A stretch of 64,000 bases of DNA from the human T2T-CHM13v2.0 reference genome, Homo sapiens. The stretch lies in assembly GCF_009914755.1 (NCBI RefSeq), contig NC_060931.1; one strand, 5' to 3'. The position numbers and the translations under genes are program-made. Each line of letters opens with the position of its first letter. The stretch's first letter is position 1. This document shows, one piece after another, positions 1-13,420 of the stretch. The notes beneath the pieces are model-generated. The model made no database searches. It was not told the origin of the DNA and saw nothing but the letters and a program-made list of their open reading frames with translations.

Positions 1-2645
1 CACAAAAGCTACAGCAATTGGGAGTCCAATGGACAAAACAAAGTATGTACAGACCCTTTATCGATGCTCTCAGTCTCACACAAACCATGTTGAAGGAAAA
101 GAAGTTTGAGATCAAAAGGAAAACTTAGAGTTGGAATAAAATAAAGAAAAGCCCCAAGCCAGAGTTCAAACACAGACCTTTCTGCCACTTTTGTTTCCAA
201 CATGAACAAGCAAGGAATATATCAATAACTATAAGGATCTTATGATTTTATAAAAGGAATCTAAAAGCAAGATAACTGAGCCCCCATAAATGTTTGAATA
301 ATTCTAGAACATCCTAGAATGGTCTACTTCTTTATTAAGCACTACTTGAGTGTGGTCAGGGGACTATAATACAATGCACAAATCCAAATATGGTTTCATT
401 TTATACTATCAATAGTATCTTTTGGGATATAAAATATATATACTCGTAGAAAAAATATGGAATCTAGGTTTCCTAGATTAGATAATGCCTTTAGAGTATG
501 TAGCCTTTAGATAATGCTTTGTCTCTTCAGAGTACTGATTCACCATCACATTAATACTAAGAATAATAGACCTTGCAGATGTAACCATAATCTTGGCAGA
601 TCCTTCCTTCTAGGTTAATGTTTCTACATAAGTACCACTCCTTTTTCAGCATACCCAACACATGCAAATTGATCACCAATACATATTGGGGGTAAGAGGA
701 TTCTTCTCTCCGTAGAGCATTAATAAAATCAGTCTTCAGCTACACTTCTCAACCTTTAATATGTTTCAAAAGAAAATTAATAAATCCCTCCCCTTCTCTT
801 CCTTCTATCCTCCTTCCCTTTCTCCTTGTCTCTCCTAATATACAAACAGGGGTAAGGCACTCTCCTTCCTCACTCCACTATAATGATTATAAACTTTATT
901 TTTCTAATTAAAAAAGATCAAAATGAGGATAGGAAAATGCTAGATATTTTAGATGCAAAAATATTTTCAAAGTGAACCAAATGGGGTCAAGAGACTCCCT
1001 GAGAAATAACATTCCCTATATTAACAGTCTATTTGCCTTACTCTTATGAAATAGAATTACTTGTTCAAATTTCCCCAAGTTTTGAAGTTTCACACGTTTT
1101 AAAATCTGCTAATATTTCTTGGGAGAACTAAGGTGGTAGTCTGCATGGGTGCTAATATACTATGCCCCATAACATTTGAAGATGAGTATTGTATATAGTG
1201 ACCAAAATAGATAGCAGGACAGCAGTTTAAAGTCACCACATGCTGCTGCTGCTAGTGGCACAAATCATTCTGCCAATGTAGTTGATGATTTAATCAAATT
1301 GCACTTTTCTCTAGTACCTTCAACAAAAAACAATCCTCACCTGGGGCAGTCAAGAAAGCTGGGAAAAAAAAAAAAACAATGAAAATTCACTGTAATCGGA
1401 AAATGCAAAGTGCTTCCTGGCATGACTGCATTACTAAACCTGATGCTTCCAAAGTTAACCTTCTAGGGTGCTAACAACATTAAAGTGCCATAAAAGTGAT
1501 AGAGAAAAACTCCAAGAGCAAAGAATTAATTAGCTCCATGGGGACATGCCAGACAGGAAAACAAGGTTTCTAAGGGTACAGTGTGAATCCTTAGGTAGGG
1601 AAAACTGTAAACATGAATCACTTCTTCAATCTAAATCCAATATTTTAGAGCAGACATTTGGGATTGCCTGCAAAGTCACAGGGCACTGATGGACAAGTTT
1701 GTGTATGGGAAGTTCCTGCAATCCAAGACAATGATCTATTTGAGAGCTACCCACACGCAGGAGATGTGTGAAAAATCACCAAATGAGAACAGAAGTTGAT
1801 GTGAAGACCCTCTTCTCCTAGAGGAGACTAGGAGACTACTTATTCTGTGGGCCCAAGTCCAACATTTCTCTAGGAATTCTCTTTTCTACCTTTATTAAGC
1901 CAAAGCTCTCTGTAATATTTGTTCATTTGGCCATGATCAATTTTTCTCTCCGTTACTGTTTTGTTCTCTAGCTCCCCTCTCCCTTTTCTCATGTTCAGAT
2001 ATAACACGTTTGCTATCCCATTCATGGTAAACTGACTACCTATCGCACATGCCAACACTTAGTCTTGGGATGAAACTGGAGACATTCAGGAATGCGTTTT
2101 GGCAAAACTGATCTACCTGGCTCCATACCTGCTGAAATGTATAATCCCTCTTGGTAATGAAAAGAAATAGAATGTCTTGGTGAGAGAAAGAGCAGGAACC
2201 CTGATACACAAATGGAAGAAAGAAACCTCCAAGGTCAGGAGCAAAGGGGGCAAAATGAAACCTGTGATGATTTCCCATTATTGGTGTCATCTCTGAGGCT
2301 ATAATTCCCTCTGTGGACACTGGTAACTCCACTGACAGCAGGAAAAGAAATCCATGTCCTTATATTGTTCCCCACATAATCTGACTTTATAATGCGCAAA
2401 CCCCATTTCCCAAGCCCTTCTCAGCCTGCCTTCTTCCTACCCCACCTCTAAGATGATCTCTAGATTTGAGGCTTCTAACCTCAGACGGCCCCACTCCTAT
2501 CTTCCCCTCCCCAGCCCTTACGTGTGTTACCTAAAGAGAGATATTCTAGCCAATTATCCAAGCCTTAGAGATCAAGACATAGTTTAAAAATAGTTTCTAT
2601 ATCCACGTGTCTGTTAAACACATACACTAAAGGAACAAACATCAC

Positions 2646-2878
2646 AATCTGTTTCTCAACCTCTTTTTCATTGTCATCTCCCCAAGGAGTCTTTTAAGAC
2701 TTTTTTTTCTGAATTACACCCCCTGTAAAATTTTAATACCGTAAGTATACTATATGTCTGCTTATCTAAGATATGTTTATCTATGCTTTATACACTAAAA
2801 AGGTTTTCTTCACCCACCAAGAACCAATTTTCAGCCCCTTAGGGAAGATATTAGTATAATCCCTGTTGCGAATGCATG
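2646..2878. mobile_element. hAT-Charlie-type non-autonomous DNA transposon fossil (Charlie4-like)
   Basis: Begins caatctgtttctcaacctctttttcattg and ends ccctgttgcgaatgcatg, resembling recalled Charlie4-type termini. Confidence 0.55.
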
Positions 2879-3013
2879 CTCTTGAAGCATGCAACAATTA
2901 AGGTCATTTTACCAGAAGTGTTAAACTACTGCTTTTCTAATGTTCAATGAAATATAAATCTTCAGAAACACCAGCATTCCTATAGATCCGTCATCTGTAT
3001 TACAGTGGTCGGA

Positions 3014-3310
3014 GACCGGGCCTGGTAGCTCACACCTGTAATCCCAACACTTTGGGAGGCCTAGGTGGGTGGATCGCTCGAGTCCAGGAGTTCAAGACTA
3101 TCCTGGGCAACATGGCAAAACCCCATCTCTACTAAAAACACAACAAAATTAGCCACATATGATGGTGTACACCTGTAATCCCAGCTACTTGGGAGGCTGA
3201 GGTGGGAGGATCACCTGAATCCAAGGATGTTGAGGCTGAAGTGAGCCAAAATTGTGTCACTGCACGCCAACCTGGGCAATCTGAATGAGACCCTGTTTCA
3301 AAAACTAAAA
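3014..3310 (+). mobile_element. Alu (AluJ-like), full length
   Basis: Both Alu arms, A-rich linker, J-type 'gaggctgaagtgagc' and 'gagaccctgtttc'. Confidence 0.92.
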
Positions 3311-3553
3311 TATTATAAAAAGCTAAAGCAGTCCAGGACAGCAGAGTCTTTATCTCCTGGGATTCCAAAACCTACTCTCTATGGCTCTTTCCCCGTCTTC
3401 AATAGGAAATTCTACAGAATTAGCAAGTGTTACTCTCAAGTTAGTGCCAACTCCATCTAGTCTTTTTTTAATCTTAATGCATTTTACTTACATACTAAGA
3501 CACAAACACATTTAAACAATTTCCCACTCCAGAAACTAAACAAATGGACTCAC

Positions 3554-3634
3554 TTCTTGCCGTTTGAAGTTCTGGACATATTCTTCGAACTGTTCGTCTT
3601 TTGTCTCATCAGCTTTCCCCAGCTTTTGGAGGAC
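3554..3634 (-). CDS. AMPH: Amphiphysin (AMPH) coding exon 2, 81 nt, phase 0/0, N-terminal part of the N-BAR domain
   Basis: Minus strand reads ...TTTTGTTTTATTTGCAAATTAG|GTC CTC CAA AAG CTG GGG AAA GCT GAT GAG ... CGG CAA GAA|GTGAGT. Translation [27 protein letters not shown] matches the amphiphysin-1 sequence I recall following MADIKTGIFAKNVQKRLNRAQEK. Canonical AG and GTGAGT splice sites. Confidence 0.97.
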
Positions 3635-3904
3635 CTAATTTGCAAATAAAACAAAATGGTTTAATTTAATAATGTTTTCAAAGAAAGATGTGCATTTTCT
3701 GTTAATGGAGCAAGGCTGTTGTTTTGCTCTGAGGAGTAGAGCAAAACTATCAGCACTTCTAATTTTTCTGTTCTGGAAGCATCTTGGCTTGGCAGCTCTG
3801 GAGTTGAACAAAAAAAAAAAACTGAATCCCAGTCCCGCCCCTCACAGGCTGTGTGGCTTTGAGCAAGTGTTGTGCTACACTGCACTTATTTCTTTATATA
3901 ACTG

Positions 3905-4020
3905 TTTCCTTTAGCAGGCTGTGCGTGACTTAGAGACAGAAGCTATGCCTTATTTGTCTTTTTGTCCAAAGCATCTGGCACAATGCTGAATGCATAATTG
4001 GTACTCAACTGCTTGTGAAC
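3905..4020 (+). mobile_element. L2 3' end fragment
   Basis: gcatctggcacaatgctgaatgcataattggtactcaa resembles the L2 terminal consensus. Confidence 0.55.
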
Positions 4021-4059
4021 AGTAGACCAAAGCTGTCTGACTAAAGCATTCATCCACTT

Positions 4060-4555
4060 CAGTGGTCCCCAAACTTTTTGGCACCAGGGACCAGTTTCAT
4101 GGAAGACAATTTTTCCACTGACCAGAGGGTGGCGGGGGGAATGGTTTCAGGATGACTGAAGCACACTACATTTATTGTGCACTTTATTTCTATTATTATT
4201 ATTACATTGTAATATATCATGAAATAATTATACAACTCACCATAATGTAGAATCAGTGGGAACCCTGAGCTTGTTTTCTTGCAACTAAATGGTCCTATCT
4301 GGGGCTGATGGGAGACTGTGACAGATCATCAGGTATTATATTCTCATAAGGAGCTTGAAACCTAGATCTCTCGCATGTGCAGTTCACACTAGGGTTTGCT
4401 CTCCTATGAGAACCTAATGCCGCTGCTGATCTGACAGGAGGCGGAGCTCGGGTGGTAATGCTCCCTCACCTGCTGCTCACTTCCTGCTGAGTGGCTGGGT
4501 TCCTCACCGGCCACAAACTGGTACCAGTCCGAGGCCCAGGGTTTGGGGACCCTTG
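4060..4555 (+). mobile_element. MER1A (hAT-Charlie) DNA transposon, near full length
   Basis: TIRs cagtggtccccaaac ... gtttggggacccttg; 8-bp TSD atccactt / atctactt; internal sequence matches MER1A. Confidence 0.9.
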
Positions 4556-5884
4556 ATCTACTTCATAGGGACAGTATTAGAAGCCAGGATGATGGTAAGT
4601 TCCGTCTCACCATCTTCTGATACTCCCTTCAACTCAATAAACACTCAAAGAAATCATGGGATACTCAAGGCCCCATGCTAAACACGGGTCACCCAGAAAT
4701 ACTAAAAAACAAGGCCCCAACACTTGATCCTAAAAAATGTATATTTTAGCGGAATAGACAAGGCAGGTCCACAAATAACAAATCAAGGATAAGTTAAAGA
4801 CACAGCATAGAGTCTCTTTGGGACACAGGACATAAGTAACAAATTGTACTTGCTGCCTTTAAAAAGTAGGGCAGAAGGAAGATAACTAATATACTTTAGG
4901 AATACAAGAACTCATTTTCCTGCATAACAAAATAAACAATACACATCTCTTTTTTAACTAGACATTTTCATAGCTCGTATATTTTCCCCAAGATACATTT
5001 ATAATGTTATATTAATAAATAAACCTAAGTATCAAAGTAGTTACCCAATAAGTCAGAGTTCATGCAGATTTCTTCAAGAGGTCAATTTTCTTCGGAGCAA
5101 AAGTAATTATTCTAAACGAAAAATGATTTTGTATTCTATTCTAAAAATAGTTGCTCATAAAATGTGCTAGTATTTCTTGCTTTTCACTGTCATTAATAAA
5201 GATATATGTTTTAAATAAAATTGTAAACAGATTCACACATGTATTACCAATTATACAATATCACTCAATTTCATTTCACAAACCAATACTACATGTAAGT
5301 AATATGAAATATGCTATTTTCCATTGTAAATGTATTATTTTTCAGAAGCTGCAGGAATCTAGTATCATAAATATTAAAAGGACACATAATCACTGTATTA
5401 ACTAATACTCTCCTGTCACTTATAGCAGGGTTTCTTTGAAAGGTGGAGCAGAATACACTGCATTTTTGGAAGAATAGGGCATTATAACTAGGGAAGACTT
5501 GATAAACATAAGAAACATGAAATTATGTATATATGTAAAAAGACTATAACTATGTTAAAAAGTTAATAGTGGCTATTTCTGGGTGATAAGATTAAGAGTG
5601 ATCATTATTTTCTTCTTTATAACTTTCTATATTTTCCACAGTTTTCTCAATGGTTAAAGTAACAAGAAAATTCATTAACATAAATACGCAAGAGTTTAAC
5701 ATACTATAAAGTTTTTGTAAGAAATGTACACATTAGATTTTAGTACAAGTTAAGTGGATGTATTAGTAGCTGGTTAAAAACTCCCAGCAAAAAAAATTCC
5801 CATCAAAAAATATTGATAAGCAAATTAATATAAACTGAAAATAAGACTTCCAGAGGCAACCATGAGGGACCTATATCTGATTGA

Positions 5885-6030
5885 GTGGCTCACATGTAAG
5901 ATAAAGATATTAATAGTGCCTACTTCACAGTGTTGTATGGAACCACCAAGGATACACATGGAAATACTAAGCTATGATGGCCAGCATATAGTTAATGCTC
6001 AATAAATAATATCTATTATTATTATAGTTA
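5885..6030 (+). mobile_element. MIR fragment
   Basis: taatagtgcctacttcacagtgttgt ... gcatatagttaatgctcaataaat. Confidence 0.6.
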
Positions 6031-6129
6031 TTTTTATCTAACCCCACTGAACTTCACCAATGTATAAGCTTATACTGAGAAAAAGCCAGGGAGAATGTTG
6101 AAAATGTTACATGACCAGAATCAGGATTC

Positions 6130-6830
6130 ACAAAAGACCTTCTTTAACAAGATGAAATTCAACAAGGATAAAATTTAGGACAAAAACTTAACTATACAAG
6201 CACCAGATTTATTACTCAACTTGCAACCAAAATGCAACAAGACAGGTGTTAGGGATGGGTGGTTTCCACCCTTAAGTAGAAGTAAGGGATGACTTAAACA
6301 GATCGTCAATATGAGCCAACAAAGTGATGTTGCTGCCAAAGCATCTAACGTAATCTCAGTCTGCACTAACAAAACTTAACAGCTATCAGGAAAGTGGTCC
6401 TGGACGCTTCCAGAGGTGGACAAGTTGGTAAACGCACAAATACACAGAAAATCTGGAGCCAAAAAAAGGAGCTCTCAAAAAGGCAAAGATAGTTGATACT
6501 ATGTGATGAGAAGAACACTTGATATGATTTGGTATATTAGCAGGGAGAAGAAAAGACCCAAGGAAAAGAGCACAGCCATCCTCAAACACTGGAAGGACCA
6601 TCAGAGTAAAGAAGGATCAAACTTGCTCTGCCAGGAAGACCCAAAACTCACATCAGCAGGCAAAAAGTGCATTAAAAATTTGTTTTCACAAAAAGTTTTC
6701 ATCATAGTTTCCTAGAAATTAAATAGTTTGTTGCTAGAGTTAATGCGCTCACCATTCCAGAAGTTACATGAGCTTCACCAATAGTTAGGGTCTCAGAGAA
6801 GAGACTTACTCATCAAACAGGTAAATAGAC
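6130..6830 (+). mobile_element. L3/CR1 LINE 3' fragment
   Basis: gatgaaattcaacaaggataaa and atgagccaacaaagtgatgttgctgccaaa are typical L3 motifs. ORF 6503-6715 (ISREKKRP...AILKHWK) resembles the CR1 RT C-terminus (FSLEKRRL...AVFKYLK). Confidence 0.65.
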
Positions 6831-6939
6831 TAAGTCACATTTCAAATAAATTCTGAGAATCCATAATAAATGTATTACATTAGGCATTTTCCCTAGTGAA
6901 GAATGCAAATCACAATGAACAGTAGCAAAGAAGAAATCC

Positions 6940-8060
6940 TCTTCATATTTACTAAAGACTGTGTGTCAAACACTGGGCTAAGGGGCTGCAGGAATAACAG
7001 GCTGCATTCTAGGGACTGTGATCTTTCAATAGTATTCAAGCCCAGGGTGGGAGGTGTGGAACTGGAGTGGACAAGGGTGGCATGATAGGCAGAGGACAGA
7101 TTTCAGAAAGGCTTAGGCAGTAAGAATCAGAACTTTGATTTTCTTGTACAGACCATGGAGAGCCAATGAAGTGTTTCTCTGGAGGAAGCCACATGGAGAG
7201 GTCTGCACTCCTTGGTGACAATGTTAGGGACAGATTAGAAGAAGGCAAGATAGGAATAATGAGACCAGTTAAGAGGCTTTTTAATAGTCCAAGCAATAAA
7301 CGACAGAACCGGAGCTAGGAAACAGATCAGTCTTTAAGAAACATAATGCACAGTACATAATGGCTTATGGGATGAAAAAGATGAAGGACAGAACAGAGTG
7401 AAGGATGACCTCAGATTTCTTTGGGGGAGACTGAGTAGGCATTGATTCCTTCAAACAAATTAGACATCATTTTGGACATGCAGGGTTTGAGACAGCTCTG
7501 TGGCATCCAGGTAGAGATATGGTAAATAGCATGATATGGCCAAGGTTCTGAGAGATGCTCTGAGCTACACTTATACTTTGGAAATCACCAGAGTATGGTG
7601 GTAGTAAAGCTACTAGAGTGTATAAGAAAGCCCAGAGAAAATATGAGGTTCAGAAAGAAGTGAGCTGAAGACAGTCCAGAAAAATCATTATTTGAAGAAC
7701 GGGCAGAGGAAGAGAATCCTTGACAGGAGACTGGGGACCCAGAGGTATGGTCAAACCAGGAGCAAATTCATAGAAACCAAAGGAGACAGTTTCAATTGCT
7801 ACAGAGAACTCAAGCAAGTTAAAAACCAAAAGCCCTGAAAGTGTCCACTGGATTTAGGAACCAGAAGGTTCCTGGGATCCTTCCCAAGGGCTATTAGTGG
7901 AATGGCAGTCAGAAAACAGATCACAGTAGATTGAGCAAATAGGAGGAGAGGAATCAGAAGAGCAAGTAGGTACTCTTTCCAGAACTTGGGGGCATGAAGA
8001 ATCAAAGGAGCAATACTTGACCCTGTTTCTAGGCCAGAGGGAACTGATCAAAGAAAGGAG
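6940..8060 (-). mobile_element. L2 LINE fragments
   Basis: Purine-rich L2 antisense signature (gagaccagttaagaggct, ggatgacctcagatttct, catccaggtagagat). Confidence 0.7.
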
Positions 8061-9316
8061 GCAAGAGCTATAAGGGGGTCACACAGTAAGAAAAGTTTCA
8101 AAGGGGGTGGCAACTCAGATTCACCAGAAAGGACCCATCTTACTCAGGAAGAGGCACAGCCATTCCTCAGAAACATGAAGGATTTCTGAGAAGGCAGGGA
8201 AGATTGCCTTTGTAAAGGCCAAATTGGAAGGAATGCACACACAGCAGATCCATCTCTCCTGTGGGGTAAATGACCAGATCATCTGCTGAGCAGCACTGGG
8301 GTGAGGTCACGGGAAAGGTCCCCAGGAGAGGGGAGTGATTCAGATGTGGAACTGGAAAAGATGAGAACCAGAAACACATGACATGAATTTTACATGAAAC
8401 TCTAGGCCCCACTGAGGCAAAGACCATGATGTGCAGTTGCCTACATGTAAGCAGTTTTGTGATTTTTCTCCAGCAGCCTCAATGGAGGTGGGAAGACTGA
8501 TCTGCTATATAGAAAAGATCTTAAGACACCAAAGACAGTGAAACCTAGAACTGAGATGACTAAAAACATCTTTTGCCTTGCTCTATGTCACGAGTATTTG
8601 ACAGTGAGCTGATAATTTAAATGACCTCTTTCATTAACCACTCCTTTGGCAGTGTTGAAAACACCAATTAAACCTGAACAGTGTGGCACTATTGATATTA
8701 CAGGAGGATTACTATGTATTTATGTATTTGATATGCAGATTTTGACATCAACATGACACATCTTCCACCTACAGGCAAAAGGAAGAAAGTTCAGTGCCTC
8801 GTGCATTTTGGTTTAAGACTTGAATCTTTTTCTTCAAAGACAATTTCATCTACATTGACACGTTAGTATTTTGAAACAGTAAGATTTTTGTTGTTACTTT
8901 TAGTGCTGCTGTTTTTCAAATGCAAAATAATACACTATGTTGACTAAGCTTTTCAAATTCCACTTCCTTTCAGTGAGATTCTGACATATTCTGTTAGGGA
9001 TGTGTGCTCCTCCTCCAACCCTCACCCCAAGCTCAGAAGTTGTGATCTAGTCCTAAAAGACATCATGACATAGGCAAGTAAAAAAGTAAATAGGAAGGAA
9101 AAGCAGGAATATGGTAACTTGGAATATTTCATCTTAATTGCCTTCTCTTACCATTTTAAGTTAGGAGTGGAATATTGTGTTGGCAGCTTTCAAAAAAGTG
9201 GTTGGCATTTAAAGTCAAAGATAAAGTTCACAATCTTCCATTCCACACAGAAATAACTTCTGTTAATCAGGGGAAAAGATCAAAGAAAAGTCAAGCTATG
9301 AGAAGGTGTGACCCCA

Positions 9317-9319
<3 letters not shown>

Positions 9320-9347
<28 letters not shown>
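9320..9347 (+). repeat. (A)28 mononucleotide run
   Basis: Directly visible. Confidence 0.95.
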
Positions 9348-9355
<8 letters not shown>

Positions 9356-10398
9356 TACAATCAGAAATGGGGCAGTTGACAAGAGGAAAGGCTGCAGGCC
9401 ACAAAGCAGTTCAAGGTGAAGGCCAGGCATGGCTTGTTACTGAGACAAGAATGATGGCAGGGTTGGCCACCAAGATGCCTTAGTGGCATTCATCCATTTG
9501 ATGAGGGCTCCAACTAGACAAATTTTCAACTCTGGGTGACTCACGCTTCCTTGAGCCAGACTCTAAAAGTCAAGAATAAAATCACACAATTTAATTAGTC
9601 TTCTTTAACAAGGAGACACCTTTCTCTTCACACTTTCTGTTCTTAAAAAAAAAAAAAGAAGAGCACATAAAATAATGTGTACATTCTCCATGTAGTTAAT
9701 CAGGAGTAAACTAAATCAGAAGGCCATGGCCTCTTCTGAACAGGACATGGAGGGGTGGTCTTCTACTTGTGCCCATGTCCAGATGATTCATTCATTCATC
9801 AGTCCATATACCCACCTATCCATCAAGAGTTCTTATCCTGTGCTCATCCTAACACTACAAAGTCCCATAACTTATGACTGGAGAGGCCATCAGGGGAGGT
9901 AAGTGCAGGGTAGCTGCTTGTCCTAAAGCTTCCTGCTGGGCACGTCCTACACTGTTTCCCAAACTTCAGGGTACTAGTCCTTTGACCTCTTTCCGAGTGT
10001 GTGTCAGGACTTAAGGAAGTGGATTTAATTTGCCCTAATGTGAGAGGACTAAGATGAAACACTAGAAATGCATCCTTCGGTGTGGTTCATGGGCCTTTAA
10101 GGTCCTCACATTGTCCTCCAGCTTCCCCTCTGGGGGATTTATTTCTATACCACTATGACATCTACTTCTTACCTTAGTAGATTTTAACAGTGCATTAGCC
10201 ATCACGTCATCAAAGCCTCTGAGGCTGGCATGAGCCTTCCTGCCAATTCTGGGAAACACTTCTGGGAAAGTAAACAAGAATAGATAAGAGAGAATATTCA
10301 CAGCCTCTGTCCCATTTGAATGGCCTTCAGACTTTAAAAGGTTGAGAATGACATACAGTAATTACATGTCTCATACATGAGTAGGTTTATCCTAAGTG

Positions 10399-10474
10399 GG
10401 ACAGAGGCAACTGGGAATTAGAAAACTAGGGAGAAAGGACAGAGGCAACTGCGAATTAGAAAACTAGGGAAAAA
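10399..10474 (+). repeat. 38-bp tandem duplication (2 copies, 2 mismatches)
   Basis: ggacagaggcaactgggaattagaaaactagggagaaa / ggacagaggcaactgcgaattagaaaactagggaaaaa. Confidence 0.92.
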
Positions 10475-11309
10475 AGAAAATTTAGTCCCTAGATGGGAAC
10501 AGAGGTAAGTGAGAAGGGCCCTAAAAGGCAGTGCAGTAAGCACCTGCCAAGGCTGCTTTCCAATCACACATCTACCTGAAAAGGTATCATGTTGCAGAAT
10601 GCTGCTCTCTTCTCTCCTTCCTAACCCTTTCAATTTCAGGACATTTAGTCCTCTGACTTCAAGAGAAAAAAAAATATTGGTGGGGAAAAATAGCTTGAGG
10701 AATATTGATCTGGCAAAGATTTGAGTCCTAGCATCCAAGATGGTCCTCTTCTCCAGGAGTTGCTGCCTGCTGGCTCTCCCTCCAGATTGAGTCACCTTGT
10801 CCCAGAATTACTTTTTCATGAACCTGATATCCTCAGTATCCAACCCAGAGTATAATAATTATACCAAAATCCAGTGGAAGTCTGCTAAAGCCTGTGAGTC
10901 ATCCCATGAGACTCGGATAAACACCAGATTTTCCTTCTCCAGTGGCCCCATTCACAAACAGAGCACTGTCTCATGTCATTATTGCACAGAATAATGCAAT
11001 GAATCTCCAACCTCTTTAGATCATGTAAATTAGTCCTCATGTTCCTTAGCTAGGCAAAGGGATCCTCCATATACTACCAGCCAGATGTTTGAGAGCAAGC
11101 TTACATCTGCCACACTGGTAGTAATCTATCCTGCATCAGAGCTGCTGTAAACATACGTGACCACAAAAGCCAGAGAGGGTTCTACATTTGGGAAATTCGC
11201 CACAGAACGGGTCTGTTCCTGATTGCTTTATACAGATTCTTCAGGCAGTTTTCATGTCAGTCATCCATTAGACCAATAAAAGATGAGTTAGCAATGTAAA
11301 AACTGACCT

Positions 11310-11885
<576 letters not shown>

Positions 11886-12179
11886 CGCTGACCTGCTGTA
11901 CAAATATTAAAGAAGATGTTGACTCAGGTAGAACAGAAATTCCACAAAACTCTACCCAGGATTTCAAATGGGAGCTGTAAGTTCCCTAAGGCAAGAAGGG
12001 GCTGCTTGTGATGATGGGTATGAAACAGATGAAGCAGATAGATAGAATATGTTCTTGCTTTTTTTCCTCTTATAAAAAATGCCCACTTTACTAAATCTAT
12101 AATTCTCTAATTTATTAGCTATGACCTATGGAAATTTACAATATATCAAGCACAGATCTAAGTGTCCTATATCTAAAAA

Positions 12180-12340
12180 TGTATTTAATCCTCCTGATAA
12201 TCTTGTGAGTTAGGTTACTATGATTGTGTTCATCTTACTGATGAGAACACTGAAAATTAGAGAGGTGAAGTAATTGATCTCCGTCATACAGCTGGTATGT
12301 AACCAAGTTTATGTAAGGCTAGGATTTGGTTTTCAGCTAC
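12180..12340 (-). mobile_element. MIR
   Basis: catcttactgatgagaacactgaaaattagagaggtgaagtaattg core. Confidence 0.7.
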
Positions 12341-13259
12341 CCTTCTGATTTACCATGATCTTTCTGGAATAGTGTTTCCCAAAATGTGTTCCATGGGAAA
12401 TAATCTCAGGAATCTCTATTCAAAAAAATCCAGGCGATTCTGTTTGAAAAATACCAAAGACTATATATCCATCTACAGAGTCTCAAAGAATACTGTTAAA
12501 GAAAAAAAGGAAGAAATCGCAATACCCATAAAGTACAATGTGAACATGATGTATCAATCAATGATTAATTTTTTACTCATTAATTAATGAGGAAACTGGT
12601 AAGATTCTAACCACTATACTATAATGCCCTAAAAACAGGAGCAGAGAAAGAAACACAGCCTGGTGACCACACTCCTCTACTTTCCCCTTGACAATTAAGT
12701 CATTTTCCTCTATTTTAGATTCTACTCTGACTAACCATATCATATTGTCAGGAACTCAAATGTAATAACTGCTTGATCCATACTTTTGTTAAATGGAAAC
12801 TATATGACATCATCTCCCTCCCAAAATAGGTTATTGTATTAATTCAAATACCCTAGGAGAGGAAGCAAGTTATACAAAATGTATGTTCTCCCTACTCTGT
12901 CATCACTTAGAGGAACCTAATTAGCCTCTGATGAGCAAAAGGCCAAAGAGGACATCCCCTCCTTGTAAGAATATTATGGATCAGGCCACCAAGGTGTCCC
13001 ATAGGAGCAGCAGGAAAACACAAATGACCATGGCCTTTCTCTAGATACTGGGTTCTATATCTGGGGTCCATGAACAGATCCCAAGATGTCCAGGAATTGC
13101 CTGGAATTGTGGCTAATATAATACGGCTGTGCCTTTTATCAGGATGGGAGGAAGGGTCTCCTGGTTTCTGTAAGGTGAAGAACCACTGAATTTTAAGAGA
13201 CTTCATGGGTACAAGTGGAAAGAAAATAAGTGCTAATATCAAACAAAACTGGGCCTCAC

Positions 13260-13420
13260 TTGATCACTTTTGAGAGCTGGATAAACTTTGCAAAATGTTT
13301 AACTTGGTTGAGCCTCAGTTTCTTCATCTTTAGAAATGGGAGGATACCAACTCTAGGAAGACTAAGTGAGAACACAAGCAAAAGCTCCTAGCTTGATCTG
13401 AAAAGTGTTTAATGAGGGTT
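13260..13420 (+). mobile_element. MIR
   Basis: ttgagcctcagtttcttcatctttagaaatggg core. Confidence 0.65.

Larger units (their letters stand above)
1..3553 (-). other. AMPH: AMPH intron 2 (partial)
   Basis: Starts with GTGAGT donor at 3553-3548. Exon 3 sequence (AEGTRLQRE...) not seen in the window. Confidence 0.85.

Noticed and set aside
2129-2350. Possible 203-nt cryptic exon in intron 2 (TTTCTTTTCCTGCTGTCAG| ... CAG|GTATGG), overlapping a 98-aa ORF
   Set aside because: Such site pairs are common in long introns. No adjacent regulatory signature, and the ORF resembles no protein I recognise.
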